From: Myxococcota bacterium
Lineage (GTDB): Bacteria > Myxococcota_A > UBA9160 > UBA6930
DNA length: 64,000 nt
Direction: 5' to 3'
Assembly (NCBI GenBank): GCA_965223705.1
Contig: OZ245015.1
Span: 960,001-1,024,000 of the forward strand
The notes below the pieces were generated by a model. That model did not search any database and was not told where the DNA came from. It saw nothing but the letters and a program-made list of their open reading frames with translations. A program made the position numbers and the translations under genes. Within the stretch, counting starts at the first letter, position 1. The number at the start of each line of letters is the position of its first letter. Of this stretch, positions 26,876 to 37,248 are shown in pieces.

Positions 26876-27597
26876 AAAGACCTCCGGTTGCCCGAATACG
26901 ATCGGTCAGAGGCGAAGCCAAGGGCAGCGAGGCCGAGAATGAGCAGTACCGCCGTACCGGGCTCGGGTACCGCGCGGACGAGGTAGTGGCCGACCGGGGC
27001 GGGGTCGGATTCAGACAGCGCCGCAAATTCTTCCAAGAATAGTTCGCTAGGGGTGAACTCGATGGCCGTGATCGAGTCAAAGCCAGTTGTGGTGGCGCGT
27101 CCTGTACGATCGGTCGCCTTGACCTCCACGCCAACCAACTCGAGATCCAGTGAGACGAAGACCGCAGCGGTTGGGCCAAAGCCGAAGATCGTTCCAGTCC
27201 CGCCCGTTGCGGCGAGTCCAAGAAGAGTTCGGTTGTTCGTATCGCAGCCGAAAGTACACCCGAGCAGTTCGAGTAGCCTACTTGCGCCATCGAAGTGACT
27301 TGCCTCGAACGGAGTGTTGAGCGTGTCTAGACCGGCGGCCGAGAAGAGCTCGTCGATCTCTGTGACGGATGCATGTCGGAATCCAAGGTCGACCCATCCC
27401 CCAACGCGGTCGAGATAGATCTCGCTGACGGTGAGGCCCGCGGTCTGGTCCACGTCGAGCCACTCGAGCCCCGACTCGGTGTCCACCGTAAGCAGACCGT
27501 CTCCCGGCGCGAAGAGGTCGCCCCGAATGAGCGCGGCTTGGGTGGGCGAGGCCAGGCACACGGCGAGGAGGGCGCACGCGACAAGGTCCGACCGCAT
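26872..27597 (-). CDS. PEP-CTERM sorting domain protein
   Basis: Signal peptide, D..SGLEWLD, VPEPGTAVLLILGLAAL. Confidence 0.85.
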   Translation of the reverse strand: MRSDLVACALLAVCLASPTQAALIRGDLFAPGDGLLTVDTESGLEWLDVDQTAGLTVSEIYLDRVGGWVDLGFRHASVTEIDELFSAAGLDTLNTPFEASHFDGASRLLELLGCTFGCDTNNRTLLGLAATGGTGTIFGFGPTAAVFVSLDLELVGVEVKATDRTGRATTTGFDSITAIEFTPSELFLEEFAALSESDPAPVGHYLVRAVPEPGTAVLLILGLAALGFASDRSYSGNRRSL

Positions 27598-27669
27598 CTT
27601 TCGTGCCTCCGCCCCCGACCCGCGGAAGTGTAACCCCTTACCGTCCGGGTTCAGCCCGGTTTCCACCAG

Positions 27670-27701
27670 CGTCCGCCGCCGCTGCGGTCAAACTGTTGTC
27701 A
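27670..27701. repeat. 32-bp direct repeat, copy 1 (att/integrase-arm-like)
   Basis: CGTCCGCCGCCGCTGCGGTCAAACTGTTGTCA, 31/32 identical to 28632..28663. Confidence 0.85.
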
Positions 27702-27885
27702 ACTGAAGTTGCGATCGAGCCCCTCGCCCAACAGCGCACGTTGCAATACGACACGGAAGCTTCAGATCGACAAACCAACTCCGAAGGGCTGAGGTGATAT
27801 GCTGCAGATCGGTCGGCAATTGGTGAGTTAGGCGGACGCCAACGAAGGCGGGTCTAATCACCGACACCTGTGGAAGGGAAAAGCA

Positions 27886-28500
27886 ATGCGACTGATGGCA
27901 CTAGGAGGTGTGGCCGGCCCCTTGGTCTTCGCGGTTGTGATTGCTGTGTGTGGCTGGATCCGGCCCGACTACAGCCACCTCCACCAGTTCATCAGCGAGC
28001 TTGGAGCGACCGGAACGGTTTTCGCACCTTTGATGAACTACGGTGGCTTCGTCGTCGCTGGCCTCCTACTCACGACCTTCGGGGTTTCACTGTTGCGCAT
28101 TATGCCCGACGAACGCCTACCCATGATTGGGTCGATGTTTGCCATCGTATTTGGCGCAGGCGTAACAGCGTCTGGCCTGATCTCATGTGACCCAGGTTGT
28201 CCTCAGGTTGGGGGCTCGACCGAGAACTTCATCCACGACAAGATCGCGCCCATCGCATTCATTTGTTTGATCCTTGCTACCTGGCTCTTGGGAGGCTCAT
28301 TTCGCCGCATGCCACAGTGGCGTTCTCTCTCGGTGTATTCACTTGTGACAGGATTCGTCGCTTTGGGATGTCTCGTCGCACTCATTGGGACGCTTGAATC
28401 GCGCGTTCTCACAGGGCTCTGGCAACGTCTCCTGCTGGTTGTGCTTTTCCTCTGGACTGGAATCGTGGGCGTGCGTGCATCTTCTCTTGCTCGTGTCTGA
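27886..28500 (+). CDS. DUF998-like membrane protein
   Basis: YS...QFISELGA, CDPGC, GLWQR; multiple TM segments. Confidence 0.75.
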   Translation: MRLMALGGVAGPLVFAVVIAVCGWIRPDYSHLHQFISELGATGTVFAPLMNYGGFVVAGLLLTTFGVSLLRIMPDERLPMIGSMFAIVFGAGVTASGLISCDPGCPQVGGSTENFIHDKIAPIAFICLILATWLLGGSFRRMPQWRSLSVYSLVTGFVALGCLVALIGTLESRVLTGLWQRLLLVVLFLWTGIVGVRASSLARV

Positions 28501-28631
28501 CCTAATCGGCTCGAGTGACCGATGGTCACGGCGGGCCCGTGGGTCTCATTAGCGGATACGTCCGCGGTTCAAATCGTCTATTGGTGGCTCGGGCACCCGA
28601 AGTCGGCCCCGACTCCTCTACTGCGCACCGA

Positions 28632-28663
28632 CGTCCGCCGCCGCTGCGGTCAAACTGTAGTCA
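28632..28663. repeat. 32-bp direct repeat, copy 2
   Basis: CGTCCGCCGCCGCTGCGGTCAAACTGTAGTCA, about 50 bp from the tRNA 3' end. Confidence 0.85.
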
Positions 28664-28711
28664 GGAGAAGCTCGCGGCCGGGCAGGAGACGCCCCAACCG
28701 CCTGGATTCGC

Positions 28712-28787
28712 TGGAGCCGACGAGCGGATTTGAACCGCTGACCTGCTGATTACGAATCAGCTGCTCTACCAACTGAGCTACGTCGGC
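28712..28787 (-). tRNA. tRNA-Thr(CGT)
   Basis: 76-nt cloverleaf GCCGACG...TAGCTCAGTTGGTAGAGC...CTGATTCGTAATCAG...GGTTCAAATCC...CGTCGGCTCCA. Confidence 0.97.
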
Positions 28788-28957
28788 CGGATCGATGAAA
28801 CGCTTAGCCGATTCTGAATCCATGCGCCTGCCCCGCGAGCACCGATTCGCTGCGTTATCGCGGAGGGGAGTGCCCCCACCCCGGGAAGTTTTCAGGCGGC
28901 TACGACGGCGCTTTCCCCGAGGACGCCAGGCAGGCAGACCTCGCGTATCCTTCGCCT

Positions 28958-30430
28958 ATGACCCGATCCGACAGCCCCTCGTCGCTGTTTCAAGGCTACC
29001 GACCCCTCGAGGGAACGTGGGACGAATACTTTGGGGATCGCGATGAGCCGCGCCCCGAGGCCCGGCACATCGTCGCGCTGCTCAATGAGCTCGGAACCAA
29101 GGAGTTTCGGGCGCGCCAGAAGCTCGCGGATGCGACGTTTCTGCGGGGCGGGATCACCTTCTCGGTCTACTCGGATCAGCGGGGCTCCGAGCGCATCTTT
29201 CCGTTCGACCTCGTTCCGCGCGTGATCGCGCAAAGCCACTGGCGGCGCGTCGAGCAAGGCCTGAAGCAGCGGATCAGCGCGCTGAACGCGTTTCTCAGCG
29301 ACGTCTACGGCGAGCAGCGGATCCTCGATGAGGGCGTCGTTCCGCGCGACTTCGTGCTCGGCGCGAAGGGGTACCTGCCGCAGATGCGCGGCGTGCGCCC
29401 ACCGAGCGGCGTGCACATCCACATCGCGGGAATCGATCTGATCCGCGACCCCGAGGGTAATTTCCTCGTCCTCGAGGACAACGTCCGTACACCGTCCGGT
29501 GTTTCGTACGTGCTTGAGAACCGCACGGTGATGAAGAAAGTCTTCCCGCACGTCTTTTCGGAATCGCGCGTCCGCGGGGTCGAGGAGTATCCGCTCCGTC
29601 TCGTCGAGGCGCTGACGTCCGTGGGACCCGCTCCGGACGAAGAAGAGGGCACCGCGGTGCTGACGCCGGGTTCGCTCAACTCGGCGTATTTCGAGCACAG
29701 CTTCCTGGCGCGACGCATGGGTGTGCCGCTGATCGAAGGTCGCGATCTCTTCGTCGATCAGGATCGCGTCTACGCGAAAACCACGCTCGGCCCACGTCGG
29801 ATCGACGTGATCTATCGCCGCATCGACGATCCTTTCCTCGATCCCGAGGCGTTCCGAAAAGACAGTCTGCTCGGTGTCCCCGGTCTGGTGGCGGCCTATG
29901 CGAAAGGCAACGTCGCCCTCGCCAACGCGATCGGCAACGGGGTCGCCGACGACAAGGGCATCTACCCCTTCGTGCCCGACATGATCCGGTTCTATCTCTC
30001 CGAGGAGCCGATCCTCGGTCAGGTGCGGACCTACGTCTGCGCCCGAGAAGACGACCGACGGTATGTCGTCGAGCACCTTTCCGAACTGGTGGTCAAATCG
30101 GTGAACGAAGCCGGGGGGTACGGCATGCTGATCGGTCCGCAGGCGTCGCGCCGCGAGCGGGCCGAGTTTCGCGAGCGCATCGAGGCGGATCCTCGCGGCT
30201 ACATCGCACAGCCGCGGATCGAGCTTTCGACGTGCCCCACCTGGGCTTCGAAGGCCGTCGCACCGCGTCGCGTCGATCTCCGCCCCTACATCTTGACCGG
30301 TGCGAACGGCTCCTGGGTGCTGCCGGGCGGGCTCACCCGTGTGGCGCTCGTCGAGGGCTCGTACGTCGTGAATTCGAGTCAAGGCGGCGGGTCGAAAGAC
30401 ACCTGGGTGCTCGAGGGGGCCGGCACATGA
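28958..30430 (+). CDS. circularly permuted type 2 ATP-grasp protein
   Basis: [47 protein letters not shown]. Confidence 0.92.
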   Translation: MTRSDSPSSLFQGYRPLEGTWDEYFGDRDEPRPEARHIVALLNELGTKEFRARQKLADATFLRGGITFSVYSDQRGSERIFPFDLVPRVIAQSHWRRVEQGLKQRISALNAFLSDVYGEQRILDEGVVPRDFVLGAKGYLPQMRGVRPPSGVHIHIAGIDLIRDPEGNFLVLEDNVRTPSGVSYVLENRTVMKKVFPHVFSESRVRGVEEYPLRLVEALTSVGPAPDEEEGTAVLTPGSLNSAYFEHSFLARRMGVPLIEGRDLFVDQDRVYAKTTLGPRRIDVIYRRIDDPFLDPEAFRKDSLLGVPGLVAAYAKGNVALANAIGNGVADDKGIYPFVPDMIRFYLSEEPILGQVRTYVCAREDDRRYVVEHLSELVVKSVNEAGGYGMLIGPQASRRERAEFRERIEADPRGYIAQPRIELSTCPTWASKAVAPRRVDLRPYILTGANGSWVLPGGLTRVALVEGSYVVNSSQGGGSKDTWVLEGAGT

Positions 30431-31425
30431 TCTCGCGTGTCGCCGAGAGCTGTTTCTGGTTGAACCGCTATGTCGAGCGCGTCGAGGTGCTCGCTCGCAT
30501 GCTCGGTGTGAATGTCGCCTTCCAGCTCGATGTCGACCTCGAGCAGGCGGAATGCTGGCGCCCGCTGGTGGTCGTGACCGGCCAGGAAGCCGATTTTCTC
30601 AAACGACACGACGAAGCGCGGGCCGACGATCCGGAACTCGTGCAGGACTACCTGACCTGGAGCGACGACAACCCCAGCTCGCTGCGTTCGTCGCTGTGGT
30701 CGGCACGGGAGAACGCGCGGACCATTCGGGAGACGATCAGCCTCGAGATGTGGGAGACGCTGAACGACCTGTGGGTCTGGCTCGGCGAGCGCGAGGCGAA
30801 GCGCCTCTACGACCGCGACCGCCCCGCGTTCTACGCGCGCTTGCGGAACCAGTGTCTGCTCTTTCACGGGGTCGCCCAGGCGACCATGCTCCACGAGGAT
30901 CCCTTCGAGTTCATGCGCCTCGGGACGGCGTTAGAACGGGTCGGGCAGACCGCGCGAATTCTCGACGTGAAGCATCACAGCGTCGGACCCACCCGAGAGG
31001 CCGAGGATGGCGAAGAAACCCCGGCCGAGATCGCGCAATGGCTCGCGACGCTCCGCTTCTGCTCGGGTGTCGAGCCCTTCCTCAAGCGACGCACCGCGGT
31101 GCCTTCCGGCGCCGCGGTCGCCGAGTTCCTGCTCTTCGACCGCGCCTTCGCGAGGTCCGTTCTGCACAACCTCAACCGCACGGGGAACTTCCTGCGCCTG
31201 GTCGTCCCCCGCGGCGGCTCCCCGATCGGCGCCCGAAGTCGAACGCTTCTCTCCGAGACCCGCAGCCAGCTCTCATCGATGAGCATCGAGTCGGTGTTGC
31301 ACGAGGGGCTCCACGAGACCCTGACGTGGATCGTGGGAATCACGGCGGAGCTCAGCGACCTGATCGACGCCGAGTTCTTCGATCCGATCCCGGTCGTCTC
31401 GGCAAACGTCGAGACGCCCGCCTAA
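30427..31425 (+). CDS. alpha-E domain protein
   Basis: [34 protein letters not shown]...TARILDVK. Confidence 0.9.
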   Translation: MISRVAESCFWLNRYVERVEVLARMLGVNVAFQLDVDLEQAECWRPLVVVTGQEADFLKRHDEARADDPELVQDYLTWSDDNPSSLRSSLWSARENARTIRETISLEMWETLNDLWVWLGEREAKRLYDRDRPAFYARLRNQCLLFHGVAQATMLHEDPFEFMRLGTALERVGQTARILDVKHHSVGPTREAEDGEETPAEIAQWLATLRFCSGVEPFLKRRTAVPSGAAVAEFLLFDRAFARSVLHNLNRTGNFLRLVVPRGGSPIGARSRTLLSETRSQLSSMSIESVLHEGLHETLTWIVGITAELSDLIDAEFFDPIPVVSANVETPA

Positions 31426-33224
31426 CTTTCGGTTGGAACTTCCTCGACGCGAACGGACGTGGTGAGCGTCTCCGTTCCGCCACCTCGGTAGATCGTTCCA
31501 GAGGTCGGCGTCGCGTCCCGGTAGTTGCGCCCGCACGCGACGCGGACGTGGTTGGTGCCGACCTGGATCCCGTTGGTCGGATCGAGACCGTGCCAGCCGA
31601 CCTGGGGTAGGTAGAGCTCCGTCCACGCGTGAGAGGCCTCGGACTGGATCTTGTTGGCGTAGTCGGCACCGGTGAAGATGTACCCCATGCGATACCGCGC
31701 GGGAATGTGCAAGAGCCGCGCGACGCAGATCATGACGTTCGCGAAGTCTTGGCAGACCCCGCGCCTCGATTCGAAGACTTCGAACGGAGTCGTCGCGATC
31801 GTCGTCGAGCCCGAGGTGTACTCGAAATCCCGGTAGATGGTTTCGTTCAGGTCGAGCACGGTACCGACGAGGTCGTAGGTATTGCGTTCGACGAAGCTCA
31901 TCGCGAACTCGGAGAGTTCTTGAAGTTGTGACTCCGGGAGCTCGGGCGGCATGAGATAGGCGGAAAGCATCTGCCGTTGCCAGGGCATCCAGGCGAGCGG
32001 GATCGCGTCCCGCCGGTGCGCCGCACGCTGTTCGAGCGAGCGCGTGTCGCTCAGATGAACGGTCGCGCGGCTGGTGATCTGCAGGGCCGTGTACGGGTTG
32101 TTGAGTTCGAGGGCCATCGCGCTGTTGCCGAAGACGTCCTCATACTCGGTGCCAAACACCGCCGGGGAGATGGCGATCTGGAAGTCGCGGAGCTCCTGAT
32201 ATCGATCCTCGACCGGGTGCAGGAGAATGCGGTGTGTGCTGCGGTCCACTGGCTGGTCATAGGTATACGCGGTTTCGTGGGTGACCTGCAGTGTCCGCGG
32301 TAGCACGTTGCCGCTCGGTTGCGCGCTCGTCGAAGAGGGCAGGGGGTGAGCCGCGGCCGCCTGCTGACCGGTCTCGATCTGACCCACGCCGACGGGCGGC
32401 AGCGTCGACGTCAATTCAGCACCGACGAGGTGACCGTCGGGCTCACTGCTCCACAAGATCGACCCGCGTCGCGCGAGCAGCAGCTCGCCGGGGGTGGCTG
32501 CCTTCCAAGGCGTTGCGTCGATGGGAACACTCGAGAAAACGAGCGCGGTCCGGTTCGAATCCTCCGGGGTGTCGAACGAGATCTGGACGGCCGGGGACCA
32601 GAGCTCGGTGGAGACGTGGGGCGGGATGCGTCGCGTCCAGTGGAGCGAGCCCTGGCCCCGGGCGTCGCGGTAGACCGCGATCTGTTCACCGTCGCAGAGG
32701 ATCGCGTTGAGCTGACCGTCCGCGTTGAGCTCGAGCATCCACTCCCGCAGCTCCTCGGGACGGACGTCGGCGAGCGACCGGATGCGGGCCGCATGCAAGC
32801 GCGAAAGCAGGAGGCAGAAAGCGTGCTCGCTATCGGTATGGCCGAGCGGATCGAAAGCCGGATCGTCGGGAAGCGGAAAGCGCTCGGCCCAGTTGGTCGC
32901 GAGGTCGCCGTCATGGGCGAAGATCCACTGGTGTCCGCCGTAGCTGCGCACAAAGGGCTGCGCGTCTTCCTGATTGCGGGCTCGCTCGTGTCCGCGCAGG
33001 TGACAAACGAAAAGGGTGGACCGGAACCGGTTCCACTCACGCAGCGCATCGTTGACACCGGGTTCCCCCCACGAGGTGGGGTCCTTGATGACCGATGCGC
33101 CGCGCTCGCTCGAGGGGTACCAGCCGACCCCCCAGCCGTAGAGGTTCGGATCCGCCGCCGGCCGCGCGAAGCGGATGGACGGCGATGTGTTCGCGTCGAC
33201 GCACAGGGCAACTAGCTCACTCAC
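31422..33224 (-). CDS. class II glutamine amidotransferase-like (Ntn) domain fused to bacterial transglutaminase
   Basis: N-term GWGVGWY, FAHDG, G.TDSE; C-term HET.YTY, GVCQDF, SHAW, LDPTN, GRNYRD; GTG overlaps the upstream TGA. Confidence 0.85.
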   Translation of the reverse strand: MSELVALCVDANTSPSIRFARPAADPNLYGWGVGWYPSSERGASVIKDPTSWGEPGVNDALREWNRFRSTLFVCHLRGHERARNQEDAQPFVRSYGGHQWIFAHDGDLATNWAERFPLPDDPAFDPLGHTDSEHAFCLLLSRLHAARIRSLADVRPEELREWMLELNADGQLNAILCDGEQIAVYRDARGQGSLHWTRRIPPHVSTELWSPAVQISFDTPEDSNRTALVFSSVPIDATPWKAATPGELLLARRGSILWSSEPDGHLVGAELTSTLPPVGVGQIETGQQAAAAHPLPSSTSAQPSGNVLPRTLQVTHETAYTYDQPVDRSTHRILLHPVEDRYQELRDFQIAISPAVFGTEYEDVFGNSAMALELNNPYTALQITSRATVHLSDTRSLEQRAAHRRDAIPLAWMPWQRQMLSAYLMPPELPESQLQELSEFAMSFVERNTYDLVGTVLDLNETIYRDFEYTSGSTTIATTPFEVFESRRGVCQDFANVMICVARLLHIPARYRMGYIFTGADYANKIQSEASHAWTELYLPQVGWHGLDPTNGIQVGTNHVRVACGRNYRDATPTSGTIYRGGGTETLTTSVRVEEVPTES

Positions 33225-36200
33225 GTTGGGTACTTTCGCAGATCGAGCGTCATCGGAAAATCGCGATCCGGTTCGGACGGCACAAGAGGCGTCGAACCCG
33301 GCGAGTGGCCGTAGGCGAAGAAGCGCGCCAGGCGCCGGCCCTCCGCCTCGTACGCATTGACGGGAAAGGTCTCGAAGTTGCGGCCGCCGGGGTGTGCCAC
33401 GTGATAGCGGCAGCCTGCGACGGCGCGGCCGGACCAGGTGTCGACCAGGTCGACGGTGAGCGGGGCGTGGGGCGGGATCGTCGGATGGAGGGCGCGGGCC
33501 GGTTGCCAAGCGCGATACCTGATGCCCGCAACGGCTTCCCCCTGCGTTTCGGTGCGGTGGAGCGGAAGGTGCACACCGTTGCACGCGAGCTCGTAGCGTC
33601 GCTCGGTGAGCCCCGTCGCGCGCACCTCGAGTCGTTCGAGCGAAGAATCCACGTAGCGGGCCGTTCCGCCGACCGCGCCTTCTTCGCCGAGAACGTGCCA
33701 GGGCTCGAGCGCCTGGCGGAGCGAAACCTCCACATCACCCGACCGGAAGCTGCCGTAGCGCGGAAACCGGAACTCGTGATGCGCGCGGAACCACTCTGGG
33801 TCGAAGGAGAACCCCGCATCGTCGAGCTCCGCGAGGACTTCGCGGAAGTCACCCCACACGAAGTGCGGAAGCATGAACCGGTCGTGGAGCGCCGTCCCCC
33901 AACGCGCGAGCGGCGCGCGGTAGGGATCGTTCCAGAAGCGCGCGATCAGCGCGCGGAGCAGCAGCTGCTGCACGAGGCTCATCCGAGCATGGGGCGGCAT
34001 TTCGAACGCGCGAAATTCGACGAGGCCGAGCCGGCCGGTCGCGGAATCCGGAGAGTAGAGCTTGTCGATGCAGATCTCGGCGCGGTGGGTGTTGCCCGTC
34101 ACGTCCACCAGCAGGTGCCGGAAGATGCGATCGACGAGCCAGGGAGGGCACGGCTCCCCGTCCTCTGGGATCTGTTCAAACGCGATCTCCAGTTCGTAGA
34201 GCGCGTCGTGGCGGGCCTCGTCGACGCGAGGCGCCTGGCTCGTGGGGCCGATGAAAAGACCGGAGAAGAGATACGAGAGAGACGGGTGGTTCAACCAGTA
34301 GGCCACCAGGCTTCGGAGGAGGTGGGGGCGTCGCAGGAAGGGGCTGTCGGAAGGTGTCGGTCCCCCCACGACGATGTGGTTGCCGCCGCCGGTTCCCGTG
34401 TGACGACCGTCGAGTAGGAACTTCTCGGTCCCGAGGCGCGAGAGTCGCGCTTGTTCGTAGAGCGTGGTCGTGTTCTCGACGAGCGCTGTCCAACTGCGGG
34501 CGGGTTGGATATTGACCTCGATCACGCCGGGGTCCGGGGTCACGCGAAAGACGTCGAGCCGCGCGTCTGGCGGGGGCGGGTAGCCCTCGATCCGAACCGG
34601 GGTCTCACCGGCCGCGGCGGTGTCCTCGATCGCGGCCACGAGATCGACGAAATCGTCGGCCGTCTCGACCGGCGGGAGGAACACGCAGAGCTGTCCGTTT
34701 CGCGGTTCGACGACCAGGGCCGTGCGAACGGGGTGGCCGCCGGTCGGCGCGGTCGACGACTCCGGCGCGTCCTCGGCCGCACCGGAAACCGTGCCGGACG
34801 CGTGACGGAAGGGCTGGCGCCGCGGGTCCGGGGCGGCGAAGGGAGGCCGCTCGAGGGTCGGGTCGGCCGCGATCACGTGGGGATACTCGAGGGGCGGAAG
34901 TCCGGGCAGCGAGCCCAGGGGCAGCCGATATCCCGCGGGCGAGTCACCCGCTGCGAGCAGGAGCTTCCCGCCGCGGAAGCTCCACTTCTCGGTTCTCCAG
35001 CGCCGCCGTCCGTCTCGCGCGTTCCAAACCTGGACCGGTAGAACGAAGGCGGCGGGCTGCGAAGTATCTCGGAACGAGGGGCCGTCGGCCGAGCTCGGGG
35101 CGTGCGGATCCTCGTACGCCGCAATCCGCACGTCCGGGTCGATCCCGAGGCGCTCCGCGACGCCGCGCATGAACTGCTCGGCCTTCCCGACGTCCGCTCC
35201 GCCCGGTTCCTCGTCCCGAGCCACCAGGTCGACATCGTTCCAGAGGGGCTCCCCGTCGACCCGCCAATAAACGGAAAGCGCCCACCGCGGAAGCGGCTCG
35301 CCCGGGTACCACTTGCCCTGACCGAAGTGGAGGAGGCCACCCGGGGCAAAGCGCTCGTGCAGTCGTTTCGTCAGGTCCGCGGCGAGCGCCCACTTGGTCG
35401 GCCCGACCGCTTCGGTGTTCCACTCGTCCGCTTCCATGTCGTCGATCGACACGAAGGTCGGCTCTCCCCCCATGGTGAGACGGACGTCATCCGCCTCGAG
35501 TCTCCGGTCGACTTCTCGCCCCAACGCGTCGACGCGGTTCCAGGCCTCGTCGGAATATGGCTTGGTGACGCGGGGCGACTCGGCGACGCGCTCGACGCGC
35601 ATTTCGTGCTCGAACGCGACCTCGCAGGGCTCGAGTTCGCCGGTGACAGGCGCGGCGCTCTGCGGCTTGGGGCTGCAGGCCAGCGGAATGTGACCCTCGC
35701 CGGCGAGCAGGCCCGACGTGGGATCGAGACCGATCCAACCCGCGCCCGGGACAAAGGCCTCGGCCCAGGCGTGAAGGTCGGTGAAGTCTTCCGTCGCGCC
35801 GGACGGCCCGTCGAGGGACGGGACATCGGGAACGAGCTGGATGAGGTAACCCGACGCAAAACGCGCCGCGATCCCGAGGTTGCGCAGGATGTGGACCAGC
35901 AGCCAAGCACTGTCCCGGCAGGAGCCGCGCCCCGACCCGAGCGTTTCTTCCGGCGTCTGGACGCCGGGCTCGAGACGGATCACGTACTCGATGTCGCGTT
36001 CGAGCCGCTGGTTCAGCGCCACGAGAAAGTCGATGGTCGCGGTGGCATCTCGCGGCACCGATGCAAGCCAGGCAGCGAGCCCCGGGCCCGGCCGCTCGAC
36101 CTCGAGGAACGGCTCGAGTTCCTCCGCGAGCCAGGGCTCGTATTCGAACGGCCAGCGCTCTGCACTCTCTTCGAGGAAGAAATCGAAGGGGTTGATCACC

Positions 36201-36457
36201 ACCATCTCGGCGACCAGATCCACCGTCACGCGCAGCTCGCGCGCGGGCTCGGGCACGACCACGCGGGCGAGAAAATTCCCCTGAGGATCCTGCTGCCAGT
36301 TCAGGAAATGTTCTTCGGGTTCGATGCGGAGCGAGTAGCTGGCTACGGGCGTCCGACAATGGGGGGCCGGTCGCAGCCGGATGGTCTGCGGCCCCAACCG
36401 CACGGCTCGGTCGTAGCGGTAGCGGGTCTCGTGATGAAGGGCGACGCGTAGGGTCAT
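33221..36457 (-). CDS. transglutaminase + DUF2126 putative amidoligase
   Basis: [53 protein letters not shown]. Confidence 0.9.
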   Translation of the reverse strand: MTLRVALHHETRYRYDRAVRLGPQTIRLRPAPHCRTPVASYSLRIEPEEHFLNWQQDPQGNFLARVVVPEPARELRVTVDLVAEMVVINPFDFFLEESAERWPFEYEPWLAEELEPFLEVERPGPGLAAWLASVPRDATATIDFLVALNQRLERDIEYVIRLEPGVQTPEETLGSGRGSCRDSAWLLVHILRNLGIAARFASGYLIQLVPDVPSLDGPSGATEDFTDLHAWAEAFVPGAGWIGLDPTSGLLAGEGHIPLACSPKPQSAAPVTGELEPCEVAFEHEMRVERVAESPRVTKPYSDEAWNRVDALGREVDRRLEADDVRLTMGGEPTFVSIDDMEADEWNTEAVGPTKWALAADLTKRLHERFAPGGLLHFGQGKWYPGEPLPRWALSVYWRVDGEPLWNDVDLVARDEEPGGADVGKAEQFMRGVAERLGIDPDVRIAAYEDPHAPSSADGPSFRDTSQPAAFVLPVQVWNARDGRRRWRTEKWSFRGGKLLLAAGDSPAGYRLPLGSLPGLPPLEYPHVIAADPTLERPPFAAPDPRRQPFRHASGTVSGAAEDAPESSTAPTGGHPVRTALVVEPRNGQLCVFLPPVETADDFVDLVAAIEDTAAAGETPVRIEGYPPPPDARLDVFRVTPDPGVIEVNIQPARSWTALVENTTTLYEQARLSRLGTEKFLLDGRHTGTGGGNHIVVGGPTPSDSPFLRRPHLLRSLVAYWLNHPSLSYLFSGLFIGPTSQAPRVDEARHDALYELEIAFEQIPEDGEPCPPWLVDRIFRHLLVDVTGNTHRAEICIDKLYSPDSATGRLGLVEFRAFEMPPHARMSLVQQLLLRALIARFWNDPYRAPLARWGTALHDRFMLPHFVWGDFREVLAELDDAGFSFDPEWFRAHHEFRFPRYGSFRSGDVEVSLRQALEPWHVLGEEGAVGGTARYVDSSLERLEVRATGLTERRYELACNGVHLPLHRTETQGEAVAGIRYRAWQPARALHPTIPPHAPLTVDLVDTWSGRAVAGCRYHVAHPGGRNFETFPVNAYEAEGRRLARFFAYGHSPGSTPLVPSEPDRDFPMTLDLRKYPT

Positions 36458-36641
36458 GTCGGTGTCGTACTCGCTTGCAGAGGACTTAGCACGCCGGCGG
36501 GAAAGAGCATGCTTCGCGGAAGATTGCCACGGTGACGAGTCCTTGGGTCACGGCGATATACTTGGGAACCACAGGGGGAGGTGAGCTTTACAGACGCGCG
36601 GGCGTCTGGAGGTCTCGGTGGTGGCAGATCCGAAAGATGTG

Positions 36642-37199
36642 ATGAGTCGAACGCGATTGTTCCTGATCGACGCCGCGCTGGTCGTGGGGGGCGTGGTTCT
36701 CCTCGCCTGTGGGCTCATGAAGATCGGCGAGTGGTCGTTGGGTCACCCCGCTTCGTCATGGGGGATCCCCGTCCAAGATTGGGCGCTCGCCGCACTTTGC
36801 CTCCTCGTTTTCGCCGGAGTCCTCTGCGTGCGGGCACTCGTCGCGCGGGGAGCTGACGAGAGCGTCGGAGACGAGATCCCGGTTGAGCCGCCGGCCGCGC
36901 GTCCCAGCCCCGTTCCGATCCCGCCTCAGGCCCCCGAACCTCCGGCTCGCGTTGCCGAGGTTGTGACGGGTCCGCGGCCTCCGGTTCGCCGAGGGAACGC
37001 GCTCGAACGGGCAGCAGCGGCGGAAGAACGGCGTCAGGCCCGCTTGCGGGCGGAGCGCGAGCGCCAGTCCACGCCGGACGAGCCGGTTCGCTACGTGGAC
37101 GACGTCGCCATCGCACCGGACGAGCCTGCCCAGGCAGAAGCGAGCAGGCCGAAGCCGCCGCGCTTGCGCGCTGTCGATCCGGGTGGGAACTTCCTCTAG
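36642..37199 (+). CDS. hypothetical membrane protein with a Pro-rich tail
   Basis: Two TM segments then a low-complexity region. Confidence 0.55.
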   Translation: MSRTRLFLIDAALVVGGVVLLACGLMKIGEWSLGHPASSWGIPVQDWALAALCLLVFAGVLCVRALVARGADESVGDEIPVEPPAARPSPVPIPPQAPEPPARVAEVVTGPRPPVRRGNALERAAAAEERRQARLRAERERQSTPDEPVRYVDDVAIAPDEPAQAEASRPKPPRLRAVDPGGNFL

Positions 37200-37248
37200 T
37201 CGATGAGCAACCACCGGGTGGGAACTTCCTCTAACTGATGAGCAACCC
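37179..37248. repeat. 35-bp tandem duplication at a gene junction
   Basis: CCGGGTGGGAACTTCCTCTA(GTC/ACT)GATGAGCAACC twice. Confidence 0.9.

Noticed and set aside
28564..28575. GCGGTTCAAATC matching the tRNA T-arm as an att duplicate
   Set aside because: Only 12 bp and inverted relative to the tRNA; an att duplicate should be direct
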